Shown: one piece after another, positions 42,699-42,982 of the stretch
How positions within the stretch are numbered: position 1 is the first letter of the stretch
Layout of the letters: each line of letters starts with the position of its first letter
From: a bacterium
Lineage (GTDB): Bacteria; Pseudomonadota; Gammaproteobacteria; Burkholderiales; SG8-41
Assembly: GCA_027310225.1 (NCBI GenBank)
Contig: DAIDBG010000244.1
Span: forward strand, 1 to 42,982
Direction of reading: 5' to 3'
Length of the DNA: 42,982 bases
The notes under the pieces: model-generated
Databases searched by the model: none
Told to the model about the DNA's origin: nothing
What the model saw: the letters and a program-made list of their open reading frames with translations, nothing else
Program-made: the position numbers and the translations under genes

Positions 42699-42982
42699 GT
42701 GGAGTGGTTATCACAAAATTGGGTATGGGTCCTGATTGGCGTGGCATTTGTGGCGATGCACCTGTTTGGCCATGGCCACGGCGGGCATGGCGGCGGCGGA
42801 CATGGCGGCGGGGGGCATGGCGGCGGCGACGGCGGTCATGGCGAGCAGCCTGACAGCCGCGCGGCGTCAAACGCGCCGGAAGCAGCCATTGATCCCGTGA
42901 GCGGCGAAGCGGTGCGCACCGCCCAGGCGCTGACTTCGCTCTACCAGGGAAAGATCTATTACTTCGCCTCGAAGGAAAACCG
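42699..42982 (+). CDS. DUF2933-like N-terminus, His/Gly-rich linker and Cys-less YHS-like domain (partial, runs off the window)
   Basis: GTG 42699 follows AAGGAGA. VEWLSQNWVWVLIGVAFVAMHLFGHGHGGHGGGGHGGGGHGGG...IDPVSGEAVRTAQALTSLYQGKIYYFASKEN. Confidence 0.65.
   Translation, partial: MEWLSQNWVWVLIGVAFVAMHLFGHGHGGHGGGGHGGGGHGGGDGGHGEQPDSRAASNAPEAAIDPVSGEAVRTAQALTSLYQGKIYYFASKEN

Overview
GC-rich proteobacterial accessory region with no rRNA, tRNA, CRISPR, integrase or transposase visible. It is built around copper and envelope-stress functions. From left to right: (1) a heme-copper oxidase operon (subunits II and I) continuing into a cupredoxin-CusF fusion, a CusF paralog and two methyltransferase-like genes. 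(2) Secreted Met-rich proteins, DUF302 and an HD-GYP protein. (3) A MerR-clade regulator with a mer-type operator driving a tandem-repeat Cys/His protein and Cu-ATPase number 1. (4) A DegP, CFA synthase, MgtC/DUF4010 and FtsH block, translationally coupled to a CopB-like ATPase that carries CPD instead of CPH. (5) Lipid-related genes, a K+-channel-like gene and a PLD/cardiolipin synthase. (6) Three CueR paralogs with SPW-repeat-like, DUF5676-like, DUF2933/YHS and BI-1/YccA genes behind MerR-type promoters with 19-bp spacers. (7) Cu-ATPase number 3, a cupredoxin and an acetate kinase-PduL fusion. Non-coding signals stand out: perfect TTGATCTAGATCAA (FNR/CRP-family type) boxes at promoter-like distances, a structured intergenic element present twice (one hairpin shows a compensatory double change), and REP-like hairpins. 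Several genes look like in-frame deletion or fusion products, so the region is heavily rearranged or possibly mis-assembled. All family assignments come from motif recognition by eye; no database search was run.
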